NCBI GenBank assembly: GCA_951406725.2
Contig: OX597842.1
Coordinates: forward strand, 34,038,001-34,102,000
Reading direction: 5' to 3'
From: Octopus vulgaris
Taxonomy: Eukaryota
Length of the DNA: 64,000 nucleotides
The first letter of the stretch is position 1. Every line of letters begins with the position of its first letter. Below, piece by piece: positions 28,424 to 43,294 of this stretch. The notes beneath the pieces were generated by a model. It saw only the letters and a program-made list of their open reading frames with translations. It did no database searches and was not told where the DNA came from. The position numbers and the translations under genes were made by a program.

Positions 28424-28630
28424 GTATATATATATATATATATATGTGTATATTCTATGTATATATACGTATAGGTATATATATGTGTGTGTATATATGT
28501 ATATATATATATATATATATATACATGTGTGTGTAATGTATATGTATACACTATATATATATATATATACATATATATGTATGAATGCATTCATCATTCA
28601 TATAAATATATTTATGTATGCACTTATATA

Positions 28631-28718
<88 letters not shown>

Positions 28719-28928
28719 GAGACAGACAAACCGACAGACCGAGTGTGTTCGAGTGTTTATATATATGTATATATATACATGGATGAATGTATATATGTAT
28801 ATATATACTTATATAATTTTTATATATGTATATATGTATATATGTATGGAGTTATGTAAATATATATACATATATATATATATATATGTATGTATGTATA
28901 TTCGTGTGTATGTATGTGTATATGTACA

Positions 28929-29021
<93 letters not shown>

Positions 29022-29146
29022 GGACAGACAGACAGACTAACAGAGAATAGGATGCATTTAAACACAGCTTTGTATTCGTGTCTGGCCAGTTGTAAGTGCT
29101 TAGGTTATTAGCAGCTGAGAAAGAAATTGACAGACAAGCAGAGCGG

Positions 29147-29247
<101 letters not shown>

Positions 29248-29574
29248 GGATTTCTATTTAGTATTTTCTCCCTCCAGAAAGTTTAAAACGTCGCATAACA
29301 GCAATTCGTACCGAAGCCAATTGACCAGGGCAGGGAATCTCAAGGAGTGGGTATTCCTCAAAATTGCCATGCTATCATCAATACGATCCTTCAGACACAC
29401 GTTTACACCTATATAGTCGTCATCAGCACACTCCATTTTAGCAATTACACACCGATCCGATCTCCTCTTCTCACTGTGACACAGACGAAGAAAAACAAAT
29501 ACGAAACGAAACCCAATTCATCCGTCATAATTCCCACCTCTTTCGGAGGATTGGACAACGATGATCTTAAAATA

Positions 29575-29633
<59 letters not shown>

Positions 29634-30188
29634 GGGCGTTAAAACGTTATTGTTTCAATATCAACAGAAAGGTTTAATAATAAATATAAGAGGAAAGTTT
29701 CATAAATAGATATTAAACGGAATTGCTTTCTTGTCTTCAGGACAATAGAAATGTGAATGATTCGGTGTGTGAGAGTGCAAATAGAAAGACGAACGTTGTT
29801 TATAGATCAATATACGCACGAATATATATATTTATAAATATATTGGGCTATTTTGGAGTGGGGTGGGGTGGGGTTAAGCCAGTGCATATACCACCTGCAC
29901 AAAGAAACTCTTGCTCATATAAGATATAATATATATATATATATATAGGTTATGTATATGTAGATATGCATATAGGTATGTTTATATACATGTGCATATG
30001 TGTCTACGCATTATCTAGCTATAAACAAATAAATGTATCGATGTAATAATATTGAAGGCACACACATATATGCATATGTATGTATGTATGTATGTGTATA
30101 TACACATATATTTAACATACATATAATTTTTTTTCTCATATATGTTTCTATCAAGGACAATATCACTATTTCTAATTGCACAGTTTGA

Positions 30189-30264
<76 letters not shown>

Positions 30265-30305
30265 CATTTAATATGATGTATATTCATCTACGGATATACA
30301 TGTGC

Positions 30306-30336
<31 letters not shown>

Positions 30337-30478
30337 ATATATGTATTTATCTACGAATTTGTATGTACATATATACATATATACATACACATATGGATAT
30401 ATACGTATATAAATATATATAAAAATTCATATGTATATGTATAAAGAAACACACATATATATATATATATATATGCAC

Positions 30479-30523
<45 letters not shown>

Positions 30524-30849
30524 TGTATGTATGCATATATATATATGTGTGTGTGTGTGTATGCATATACATATATATATAAATATGCGTTTATATATAA
30601 CCATATGTACTTATATGTTAATATTATCGGAATCTATACTTATATCAAATAACTTAGTACCACATGTGTTTGTAGAGAAGATGTATCGAAAGGCACAAAT
30701 ACAAACAACAGCCCCCGCCAATACACCACACCGCGGTCACACCATATACACACCCTACACACATACACATATATACATATATACACACACATATATACTT
30801 ATATATATGTGTGTGTTTGTATGTATCTGTGTAAACATTTACCTGTGTG

Positions 30850-30922
<73 letters not shown>

Positions 30923-31109
30923 ATGTATGTATGTATGTATGTATGTATGTATGTATATAGAGATGCGTAAACATGGCGTTTCTAATAATGTTGGTCTTAT
31001 ATTACTAAAGATATATGAAGGACGTCTTCAAAGGAATTTTCTTTTATACATGAAGACCGGAGGCATTCCTCAGCTCCGATGCAACAACAATAACAGTTAT
31101 ACCAATACC

Positions 31110-31161
<52 letters not shown>

Positions 31162-32180
31162 GGTGATGAAGAAGAAGAAATCATGATGGTGATGGTGGTG
31201 GTGGTGGCGGCCGTGTTGGTGTTGGTGTTGGTGGTGGTGGTGGTGGTGGTGGTGGTGATGGTGGTGGTGGTGTTTATGGTGGTGGTTGTGGTGGTGGTGG
31301 TGGTGGTGGTGGTGGTGGTGGTGGTGGTGGTGGTGGTGGTGGTGGTGGTGGTGGTGGTGGTGGTGGTGGTGGTGGTGGTGGTGGTGGTGGTGGTGGTGGT
31401 GGTGGTGTTTATGGTGGTGGTGGTGGTGGTGGTGGTGGTGGCGGTGGTGGTGGTGATGGTGGTTTTGGTGATGATGATGATGGGGATGAAGTAGAAGAAA
31501 AAGAAGAAAGAGAGGGGGAGGGGGAGGTGAAGGGTTAAAGAGGAAGAAGTAGAGGATGATGAAGAAGAAGAAGAAGAAAGAAGAAGAGGAAGAAGAAGAA
31601 GGAGAAGAAGAAGAAGAAGAAGAAAGAAGAAGAAGAAGAAGAAGAAGAAGAAGAAGAAGAAGAAGAAGAAGAAGAAGAAGAAGAAGAAGGAGAAGAAGGA
31701 GAAGAAGGAGAAGAAGAAGAAGAAGAAGAAGAAGGAGACGAAAAAGAAGAAGTAGAAGAAGAAGAAGGAGACGAAAAAGAAGGAGGAGAAGAAGAAGAAG
31801 AAGAAGAAGAAGAAGAAGAAGAAAAAGAAGAAGAAGAAGAAGAAGAAGAAGGAGAAGAAGGAGAAGGAGAAGGAGGAGAGGAAAAAGAAGGAGGAGGAGG
31901 AGAAGAAGAATAATAATAAGAAGAAGAAGAAGAAGGAGAAGAATAATAAGAAGAAGAAGAAGAAGGAGAAGAATAATAATAATAAGAAGAAGAAGAAGAA
32001 GGAGACGAAAAAGAAGGAGGAGAAGAAGAAGAAGAAGAAGAAAAAGAAGAAGGAGAGGAAAAAGAAGGAGGAGGAGAAGAAGAAGAAGAATAAGGAGGAA
32101 GAGGAGAAGAAGAAGAAGAAGAAGAAGAAGAAGAAGAAGAAGAAGAGAAAGAAGGAAGAAAAGCGAAAGAAAAAGAACAT
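31110..32180. repeat. (AAT)n-(GGT)n-(GAA)n compound microsatellite
   Basis: Read directly. Confidence 0.95.
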
Positions 32181-32529
32181 TAAGAAGAATGATAATATTT
32201 ATAACAACAGCAACAACAACAACAATAATAATGATATCTCCAGCAAAAGGAGTATGTAGAGCGAAAATGTCCCCCCATAACTGTATGGGGGAGTAGATTC
32301 GATAAGTTTAGCTTTGATAAAAAGAATGCATAGAAAATAGGAAAGTATACAAGAGGAGGAGGAGGAGGAGAAGGGGATGGAGGAGAAGGGGATGGAGGAG
32401 GGGGGATGGAGGAGGGAGATGAGGGGGTTAGGGACCCAAAAAAATGCGGGAAAAACAATGAATATTGTTTGGTAAGAAAAAGAAACAAAATGCCGGAAAT
32501 ATATAAACGAAGATGGAAATAATGAAACG

Positions 32530-32603
<74 letters not shown>

Positions 32604-32604
32604 C

Positions 32605-32676
<72 letters not shown>

Positions 32677-33228
32677 GAAATGAAAGAAAAAATATGGCGG
32701 TAAATAGTGAATATAGGAATGATAGAGGGGATAAAATGTGGTGTATTTTCATTTTGATACGTTGGTGTAATACGTAAGAAAATTGAAAATTTATATATAT
32801 ATATATACACACATATGTATGTGTATATACAAACAAACATATATATACATATATAGATATATTTATAAATGTATATTTATCTGTGTATATATATGAGATA
32901 AATATTATATATATATATATTCGATGTGTTTGTGGACAAACGGAAAGTGAGAGAGTTAGGGAGGGAGAGAGAAGGAGCAGGGTGTGAGCGTGGGAAATGA
33001 GAGGGAAGGGTGTGTATGAACTCATATGTATATATGTGTGTGCGTTATGTATGTACGGATGTATATATTTGGATATGAATATATATTTGTGTATGTATTT
33101 ATATATATATATATAAATAAATATAAAGTCATGACGCTAAATGTATGTACGTTTGTATACATACATATATATATAGGTATTTTTCATTATTTTAGATAGC
33201 TACATATAGTATTTGCAGGAATACATAC

Positions 33229-33295
<67 letters not shown>

Positions 33296-33298
<3 letters not shown>

Positions 33299-33677
33299 AC
33301 TGGAGTGTCTTGTCCCAAACTTTGGCATCCAAAGTTACCCCAACCGCAGAACGGGGCGCCACTGCATGGTGCCAGATATTCCTACATCACCATCAAAATA
33401 CAGGTCCAGATACTGCAACAGCTTGGGTTTCAGAGGACCGCAGCTCTTCAACATCCTCCCTAAATACCTGAGAGATTTGCATGGTGTGGATGTGGGTTTC
33501 TTTAAAACTAAACTGGATCTCTTCTTGTCGGGGTTCCCAGATGAACCTACCTCGCGGCAGGAGACACAGATGCGGACAGCGGCATCGAACTCCGTTGTTG
33601 ACCAAGTGCCACGTATCAGAGGTGGATTCACATACTAGTGTAGCTCATTCAGCGGTGGTGCCCCAGCAGGGCCGCAT
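33296..33677 (+). mobile_element. 5'-truncated CR1/L2-like LINE: ORF2 C-terminus plus 3' UTR start
   Basis: Open frame ILECLVPNFG…NSLGFRGPQLFNILPKYLRDLHGVDVGFFKTKLDLFLSGFPDEP…AASNSVVDQ, typical of the post-RT C-terminus of CR1/L2-group ORF2. Confidence 0.82.
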
Positions 33678-33917
33678 TTTTAAGGATTTAAGAATTTATA
33701 TGTGTGTGTGTGTATAAAATTGATATAAACTGCAGCTTGTAATATTTCACCAAAAAGGAGAATTACAAATGTTCCTAAATGTTACAAAAGCGATAGGAAA
33801 CGCCTATATTGCTAGAAATAAGAGCTAAACGGCTCTCATACTCTATTTGATGCACATGATTTAAATATACACTAAAAGGATCCGTCATCGTCCGAAAAGT
33901 GCCGATCAAGAATTCAT

Positions 33918-33965
33918 AATACTGACGCGATAGTTTCCGCTATTTCCGTTGCCTCATCAGTGAAA
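33918..33965 (-). ncRNA. Hammerhead core motif in a Penelope-like fragment (about 33715-33962)
   Basis: Minus strand: a-CTGATGA-ggc-aacggaaata-gcg-GAAAC-tatcgc-GTC-agt. The core is canonical, but stem I is missing and stem II is weak, so it is probably truncated or decayed. Confidence 0.55.
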
Positions 33966-33982
33966 ACCGGTCAATAAACCGG

Positions 33983-35377
33983 TCTTTCCCCCCCCTTCTA
34001 CGTTTCTCTATCTCTCTCACCTCCAGTCCCCTCGATCTGTCTCTTTCTTCTCCTCCCTCGTCCACCTTCTCTCTCTTTTCATCTGTCCCTTTCTCCTGTC
34101 TTTTGTTCTCACGTGACCGCTAGCCACTGTTGAGCGCTCTTTTCGTTCCAGCAGTCGCCGAAGCAACACGTATTTGTTCGTCTCCCTGCGGCCATTAGGC
34201 ACAACTTCATAAGCCAGCCCTAAACTCAACTCGTCCTGTCGAAAGACCCTTGTCCTACGTCCTGGTTTTGTTTTGTTTTTTATTTTTACCGTTATTGTTT
34301 TTACGTTTTTGTATTCTTATTGGTGTCACGTATTCTGTATTTTTGTTCGTGTACTTCGTTCGTTTTCCGTCCTCGTGTTGTATACATTCGAAGCTTTCTT
34401 CCAGGGGATCTAATGCGCTTGGCTTAGATTTCCCTTGGCGGGCTGCCCAAATCGGAGCAATCTCAAGATTAATCAGCCGAAATTGCTAAGATGATCTGGT
34501 TCTTGACTGATGACTGAGGGCTTCGAATGTCCCGTCCTGTGGTTCTTGTGTCGTCTCTGTGGTGTTTCATGTTCTTGTCCATGTCTGTAATTATTTTTAC
34601 TGTTTACCCATATAATCGGCGGCTACGTATCCACAATTGTCCTTATACGATAAGTATATTTTGTCTCTAGCATTGATACGACTCTTGATCTGTCTCTTTC
34701 TCTCTCTCTCTCTCCTCCCTTATTCCCCTTCCTTTCTTTCCCTCTCCATCCGTCTTCCCCCCCCCCTTCTACGTTTCTCTATCTCTCTCACCTCCAGTCC
34801 CCTCGATCTGTCTCTTTCTTCTCCTCCCTCGTCCACCTTCTCTCTCTTTTCATCTGTCCCTTTCTCCTGTCTTTTGTTCTCACGTGACCGCTAGCCACTG
34901 TTGAGCGCTCTTTTCGTTCCAGCAGTCGCCGAAGCAACACGTATTTGTTCGTCTCCCTGCGGCCATTAGGCACAACTTCATAAGCCAGCCCTAAACTCAA
35001 CTCGTCCTGTCGAAAGACCCTTGTCCTACGTCCTGGTTTTGTTTTGTTTTTTATTTTTACCGTTATTGTTTTTACGTTTTTGTATTCTTATTGGTGTCAC
35101 GTATTCTGTATTTTTGTTCGTGTACTTCGTTCGTTTTCCGTCCTCGTGTTGTATACATTCGAAGCTTTCTTCCAGGGGATCTAATGCGCTTGGCTTAGAT
35201 TTCCCTTGGCGGGCTGCCCAAATCGGAGCAATCTCAAGATTAATCAGCCGAAATTGCTAAGATGATCTGGTTCTTGACTGATGACTGAGGGCTTCGAATG
35301 TCCCGTCCTGTGGTTCTTGTGTCCTCTCTGTGGTGTTTCATGTTCTTGTCCATGTCTGTAATTATTTTTACTGTTTA

Positions 35378-35379
<2 letters not shown>
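33983..35379. repeat. 771-bp tandem duplication (about 1.8 units) of an unclassified element ending at (TA)n
   Basis: 33983-34609 recurs almost identically at 34754-35379. Identical ORFs at 34017/34788 and 34250/35021 give the 771-bp offset. Confidence 0.95.
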
Positions 35380-35432
<53 letters not shown>

Positions 35433-35473
35433 ATGTGTATATATATATATGTATGTATATATATATATGTATG

Positions 35474-35535
<62 letters not shown>

Positions 35536-35643
35536 CACAAATATAAGAGACTACTGTATCCAGGTTTTTATGCGCTAAACCACTTGGTGTTGAATTGATG
35601 TTATTCTTAAATTAATATCCAATTTTTTTCACCCTTATTTTTG

Positions 35644-35684
<41 letters not shown>

Positions 35685-35801
35685 GATAAACATACTTGGA
35701 TGCGTGGTGTTCAATCAAATTATAATATAACACATGTATGTATGTATATATATATATATATATATACATACACACAAACACACACACACACACACACACA
35801 A

Positions 35802-35835
<34 letters not shown>

Positions 35836-36315
35836 TTTATACATCTGTTCATGCGTAACGAAATGTGAAGCCGGTGAAAAATCGACGAGAAAACACTTTT
35901 ATACTCGCACCATTCAAATCGACACCACAGCATGTGTGTATATATGTGTATATAAATATATATATATATATACACATATGGGTGCGGGTGGGCATGATAG
36001 AAATTAACAAAATTAAAATTAAATCTATTTTAAAAAGCAATATATTCTTTCACTTGTTTTTTTTTAATTCAATTTTAATTTGTTTTTGTTTTTTACCCTT
36101 TTTTTCATTTAAATTGGTTAATTCTGTCATTTACAGAAATAATTAAACTTTTGCCAAAGGACTTCATTTTGCGATTTATAAAGATCGTTCGCGTATATAC
36201 GAGTGTGTGTGTATATATATATTATATACATGTGTGTTTGTGTGTGTCTATGACATAAATATATACTGACATACATATATAAATACTGACACAGAGGAAC
36301 ACGTAAATATGTGAG

Positions 36316-36377
<62 letters not shown>

Positions 36378-36491
36378 TGTATATATATATATACGTTTTA
36401 TCCAGTGATAACAGTCGGATACATATACAGACATATATATGAGTGTGTGTATATTTGTATATATATGTTTGTGTGTGTATATATATATACG

Positions 36492-36522
<31 letters not shown>

Positions 36523-37005
36523 GTATGTATGTATGTATTTGTGTGTATGTATGCATGCTTGTATGCATGTATATAATATATATTTGTGTGTGAATGTGTG
36601 TGTGTGTGTGTGTGTAGTATATATATGTGTGTACATACATACATGTATATGTTTGTCGATATGCATGTATAAATGCATATATATATACATATATATATAT
36701 ATATGTATATATATGTATGTATACAATCTCATGTACTTTGAATGTGTTCCTACATAATTCTTGAACGCTTTTAACGCGGCACAGCCCTCACCCTCACCCG
36801 AACCCTAACCCTAACCCTCACATTGTAACCCCCTCCCACACACACACACACACCACCCGCCTTTCTACCCCTTCTCAGCCAGTTGTATCCCACCCCCAAC
36901 ACCCGCTTCTGCATCTCACCCCAATCCAATATTCTGCTCCTTCTTCTTCTTCTCTTTCTTCTTCTCCTTCCTCTTCTTCTTCTTCTTCTTCTCCTCCTCC
37001 TCCTC

Positions 37006-37048
<43 letters not shown>

Positions 37049-37115
37049 TTCTTCTTCTTCTTCTCCTTCCTCTTCTTCTTCTTCTTCTCCTCCTCCTCCT
37101 CCTCCTCCTTCTTCT

Positions 37116-37147
<32 letters not shown>

Positions 37148-37466
37148 TTCTTCTTCTTCTTCTTCTTCTTCTTCTTCTCCTCCACATTAACATATCGGCG
37201 TCTTTGTCGTCACGGTTCACTGGCCTGACACGCCATACGTCACACGAGACGTTGCGGCACACGTCACACATCAAGCGGCGTCCAATATTTTTCCAATATA
37301 TCGATCTCTTACTCCCTGTATCCATCGCTTGATCCGCTTCGCTTTTTACCTCCTCTTCTTCTTCTTCCTCCTCATTCTTTTCCTCCGACTGTTACTCTCT
37401 TCTTTTCATACTCCTCTCTGAGTCTCACTCAATCTTTCTTTTCATCTATCCATCTACCAATCTATC

Positions 37467-37528
<62 letters not shown>

Positions 37529-37632
37529 GTAACTATCTATCTATCCATCTATCTATCTATATCTCTATCTATCAATCTATCCATCTTCCATTTCTCTTTC
37601 TAACTGTCTATCTCTCTATCAATCTCTCTCAC

Positions 37633-37669
<37 letters not shown>

Positions 37670-37676
37670 CATATTG

Positions 37677-37755
<79 letters not shown>

Positions 37756-37795
37756 GGATAAATAGACAGATAGATAGATAGATAGATAGATATAT

Positions 37796-37837
<42 letters not shown>

Positions 37838-38029
37838 TACACATATACCCATATTTTGTCCTCCTTCACAACCAAACACCACCGTCTCTTCCCATCTCCT
37901 CCGCTCCTCCAAAGCCTCTTAACTTTACGTTTCCTTAGATCGCATCATTTGCATAAGGCCTGTAATATATTTGAAGATTATTATCACCGTCATCATCACT
38001 ACTTCTACTACTACTACTACTACTACTAT

Positions 38030-38061
<32 letters not shown>

Positions 38062-38115
38062 TTACTACTACAACTACTACTACTACTACCATTATTATTA
38101 TTATTGTGGTTGCTG

Positions 38116-38204
<89 letters not shown>

Positions 38205-38208
<4 letters not shown>

Positions 38209-38390
38209 CGCTGGCGAAGTCGTTAAAACGCCGGGCAAAATGCTTATCGGTATTCCGTCCGTATATGTTCTGAGTTCAAATTCTAATTTGCCTTTCATCC
38301 TTTCGGGGCCCGATGAATTAAGCACCACTAAAACACTTGGGTCGATGTAATCGAGTCAATCTTCTCCCCCACAAAATGTCAGGCCTCGTG
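38205..38390 (+). mobile_element. SINE family B, diverged
   Basis: gctggcgaagtcgttaa…gttctgagttcaaattc…ttgcctttcatcctttcgggg…gggtcgatgtaatcga. Confidence 0.75.
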
Positions 38391-38408
38391 TCATTATTAT
38401 TATTATTA

Positions 38409-38496
<88 letters not shown>

Positions 38497-38546
38497 CATT
38501 ATTATTATTATTATTGTTATTATCATTATTATTATTATTATTATTA

Positions 38547-38989
38547 TTGAGTGAAAGAGCAGTTCATGCCATCAAAGTGACACTGGGGTACAAATGTACA
38601 AAGCCCAGTATACCCATCATGAGAACCCCTCTGATAAGGGTACACCAGGCACATGCATCACAACCATATGTGCACGACATGGTGATCTCATATCAAGATA
38701 AACAGCACATGACCTTGCAGGTGGGGCCCAGTTAGAGTTTTCTTCAGGTCGAGTAGCCTATCCAGCTCAAAAAATCCCTGAATAAGGACTGTTTAAGGAT
38801 GTTGAACGAAACACCCATGTTTCCAGAGGTGAAATATCCAAACCCCAAAGAATCCCTCTCAACACATGGCTATGATGCTCCCCCACTACTTCTGCTCGTG
38901 ATCAGAGATGCACATATCGTCAGCCACCAAGGGACATGCTCAACTGATTGAGGTCAAACAACTGACAATCAAATCTGTGGTATTGAGCA
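38547..38989 (-). mobile_element. (AAT)n-associated element, truncated copy of 43291-43850
   Basis: Reverse complement of about 43409-43850 and joined to (TTA)n. Confidence 0.88.
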
Positions 38990-39115
38990 TACATAAAGAC
39001 TCGCATGCGCGTCAGTCTCTGCTTACGTATACCTACAGATAGAAAGGTAAAAAAAGCTTTCTATAAACGCATCAATGACGCACACATTTATACTTCATTT
39101 TATCTTTATTTATAT

Positions 39116-39185
<70 letters not shown>

Positions 39186-39219
39186 ATATATTAAATTAGA
39201 GATAAAACCACTATTAGGC

Positions 39220-39421
39220 AAATCCAAACAAGAAAGCACAAAAAAACACAACAACGCGAGGACGTGGAACGAATATAGTATTATTGGACGCTCAGATAAG
39301 AAGGAAAGAAGGAGGGTTTAACGTTTCGAGCGGAGCTCTTCGTCGGAAACATAGGAGAAGGAAAGATCCAGAGAAGAGACGACAGAGGTCAAAAATCGCC
39401 AACGGTACACACGCGGTCACG
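39220..39421 (-). mobile_element. Penelope-like fragment with HHR variant (motif at 39316-39350)
   Basis: Same family as 41343-41545 and 50644-50848. Minus strand: gttt-CCGACGA-a-gagc-tcc-gctc-GAAA-cg-TT-aaac. Confidence 0.75.
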
Positions 39422-39504
39422 TTTATACATTTACATGCTTACATATAATGTCGATTTCTAACATAATGGATGTCCACTTAGTGGTCATTCCTCTTATATG
39501 CATG

Positions 39505-39605
<101 letters not shown>

Positions 39606-40029
39606 AAATATATGTAAGCATCTATATACACGCTGAAAAGGATCCATATACGAGCAAACATTCACACATATCATCAAAAACACAGACAGACGAACAAATA
39701 AACGCAAAGCCATGCACATCAACGAACAAAAGAGAGCTCGTTAAGCGCCCTCTATCTGTTTGAAATAGGATCGACGTCAAACAAAGCGCGTGTAACATGA
39801 CAACGGCCGCCATCTTAAAAGCGGAAAAATCGCTGCCGGGGCTTTGGGTTTTCAATCGTCTGTCCGTATTGATGTGGTCAGATTGACTGTAACAGCTCAC
39901 TAACGCCCTCTGGAAGAAGAAGTCAAATACAGCTTTGAACACATGCACATAAGCGCGTGTGCGTATGGATGTATATATATATATATATATGTATAAATAT
40001 GTAAATGCATATATAGATACATACATATT

Positions 40030-40077
<48 letters not shown>

Positions 40078-40305
40078 CATATATGCCTGTCACTGTGTGT
40101 ATATATATATATGTATATATATGCATATATATATTATTTATATTATTACATATATATATATAGATAGATAGATATATATATATATATATATGTATGTGTA
40201 AATACGAATATATATATAAATATGTATGTATAATTATATATATATATAAATATGTATGTATAATTATATATATATATAAATATGTATGTATAATTATATA
40301 TATAC

Positions 40306-40337
<32 letters not shown>

Positions 40338-40647
40338 ATAAATATGTAAATGCATATATAGATACATACATATTCACTTATATATATATACGCACACACC
40401 GTCAGTCACATAACCTCATCCGTTTTGCAATCAACAGAATCAACAAAGATCTCCACGTGTGAGTCGGAAATTGATACCAGCCGAGATTCTGTGATGGTTT
40501 CATCCCACCATGGGGTTTCCGAAGCTTCTGGCATCTTTGACGATACTTAAGCGGAGACGTCTTCATATGCACACACGCACACATTCACATATATATGTTT
40601 ATATATGTATATATATGTATATGTATATATATGTATATACATGTATA

Positions 40648-40723
<76 letters not shown>

Positions 40724-40725
40724 TA

Positions 40726-40854
<129 letters not shown>

Positions 40855-40910
40855 TGGTAAAAACGGTAAAATAACAAGCCTGCTATCTGAAGATATTTGT
40901 CTAGACTTTG

Positions 40911-40944
<34 letters not shown>

Positions 40945-40986
40945 CGGTGAAGTTTATTCCCTGATCACCAAAATCAGAAATATTAA

Positions 40987-41058
<72 letters not shown>

Positions 41059-41100
41059 AGAGCTGATGATGGGCAAGACCCTGAAACATGCATGTATCTA
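41059..41100 (+). ncRNA. Type I hammerhead motif with canonical core, at the 5' end of a fragment running to about 41309
   Basis: CTGATGA-t-ggg-caaga-ccc-t-GAAAC-atgcat-GTA-tcta. Palindromic stem III ACATGCATGT and GUA triplet. The 5' strand of stem I is replaced by (GA)n. Confidence 0.7.
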
Positions 41101-41303
41101 GATGCAGGCCTAGCTGTTGGGGGTGTTTGTCTCCCCTTCGTAAATATATAAGGACACAGGAAATGTGTCAAGGCCGACAGGAAGCGTTGATGCTTCCTAG
41201 GGCTAAACAGCGGTGGGACTGTCACGTTAATTTGACAGTATACAACCACTCGATCTCTCCACCACCGCACATATCTCTATGAGATATTTAGAAATTTAAG
41301 ATT

Positions 41304-41342
<39 letters not shown>

Positions 41343-41542
41343 GTTAATCCAAACAAGAAAGCACAAAAAACACAACAACGCGAGGACGTGGAACAAATAT
41401 AGTATTATTGGACGCTCAGGAAAGAAGGAAAGAAGGAGGGTTTAACGTTTCGAGCGGAGCTCTTCGTCGGAAACATAGGAGAAGGAAAGATCCAAAGAAG
41501 GGAAGACAGAGGAAAAATATTCGCCAACGGTACACACGAGGC

Positions 41543-41545
<3 letters not shown>
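41343..41545 (-). mobile_element. Penelope-like fragment with HHR variant (motif at 41440-41474)
   Basis: Abuts (TA)n. The motif is identical to those at 39316-39350 and 50716-50750. Confidence 0.75.
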
Positions 41546-41578
<33 letters not shown>

Positions 41579-41682
41579 CACGCTTATATATATTCATGTG
41601 TGAAGATGGTCAGGTATACAATTCCTGTGATTTAAATAGCAGGGCCCGGGACGCGTGGCACATTCTCTTTCTCATTTTCTCC

Positions 41683-41726
<44 letters not shown>

Positions 41727-42485
41727 TGCATACACACACACACACACATACACATACACACGCAAACACATAACACCAGCGACAAAAACAATAATTTGAA
41801 GGTGAACGCAGGTTGTGAAAACAAGCTTTAACTATGGCGCTACGAAGACAAGCGAAGCCACAACGAAATATAAGCGGTGTGTGGCATGGGGTGGAATGGC
41901 GCGGAGAAGTGTTAAGTGAAGCATAACGATCGTTGGGGGGAGGGCGGAGGGGGAGGAAGAGTTAGAAGAAGGTGAGTGACTGCGATACGTTTGCTTGCAA
42001 GGATAGGGACCTGTATTAGATAGGGGAAAATGGCGGCGGTGTATATTACGAGAAGTTATTCGGTTGAAGTTATTCCGGATCAAATTGAAAAGAAATAAAC
42101 GAGAATCTATCTAATTAAAGTGAATTTAATCTAATTTAATTTAATTTTTGAAAGAAAACAAAAAAAAAAAAACAAAGAAAAACTGTAAAATGTATTTTCA
42201 TAAGAAAAAACAGAAAACCAAAACAAAACGAAAAAGACTTCAGAAATGGAAATTAAAAGCAAAATCGTAAAAATTTCGAAACAGAAATAAATATATAAAT
42301 AATTGCAATAAGAAAAATGCAAATTTAAGGAAGAATTATAAATAATTTTTATGGAAAAATAATGATATTGTAAACTGTGTATTAAGGATATTGATAATAA
42401 TAATAATAATAATAATAATAACAGCCACAATGTTAATAGCAATAATAATTCTAACGACAAACGTTCGTAGCTGGAGTAATAGTTA

Positions 42486-42487
<2 letters not shown>

Positions 42488-42536
<49 letters not shown>

Positions 42537-42582
42537 TAATAATTTAAAAAAAATAATAATAATAATAGTAATGATGATGATG

Positions 42583-42674
<92 letters not shown>

Positions 42675-42738
42675 TTTTAAAAAAATAATAATAATAATAA
42701 TAATAGTAATGATGATGATGATAATAATAATAATAATA

Positions 42739-42777
<39 letters not shown>

Positions 42778-42822
42778 TAATAATTAAAAAAAATAATAAT
42801 AATAATAGTAATGATGATGATG

Positions 42823-42890
<68 letters not shown>

Positions 42891-42984
42891 TATAATAATA
42901 ATAATAATAATAATAATAATTTTTAAAAAAATAATAATAATAATAATAATAGTAATGATGATGATGATAATAATAATAATAATA

Positions 42985-43047
<63 letters not shown>

Positions 43048-43093
43048 TAATAATTAAAAAAAAATAATAATAATAATAGTAATGATGATGATG

Positions 43094-43191
<98 letters not shown>

Positions 43192-43255
43192 TTTTAAAAA
43201 AATAATAATAATAATAATAATAGTAATGATGATGATGATAATAATAATAATAATA

Positions 43256-43290
<35 letters not shown>
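42488..43290. repeat. (AAT)n microsatellite with three higher-order units (offsets 240 and 271 bp)
   Basis: The interruption pattern taaaaaaaa…agtaatgatgatgatg…ttata…ttttaaaaaa recurs three times, matching ORF starts at 42571, 42811 and 43082. Confidence 0.9.

Positions 43291-43294
<4 letters not shown>

Noticed and set aside
34472-34520. GAAA…CTGATGA order suggesting a type II hammerhead (also 45118-45145)
   Set aside because: Stems I and III do not pair convincingly, and the 45118 case lacks a UH site.
36784-36820. Telomere-like CCCTAA repeats
   Set aside because: Only two exact units among degenerate ones, too short to call an interstitial telomere.
40401-40550. Open frame [14 protein letters not shown]…GIFDDT*
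   Set aside because: No start, no strong splice signals and no recognisable homology.
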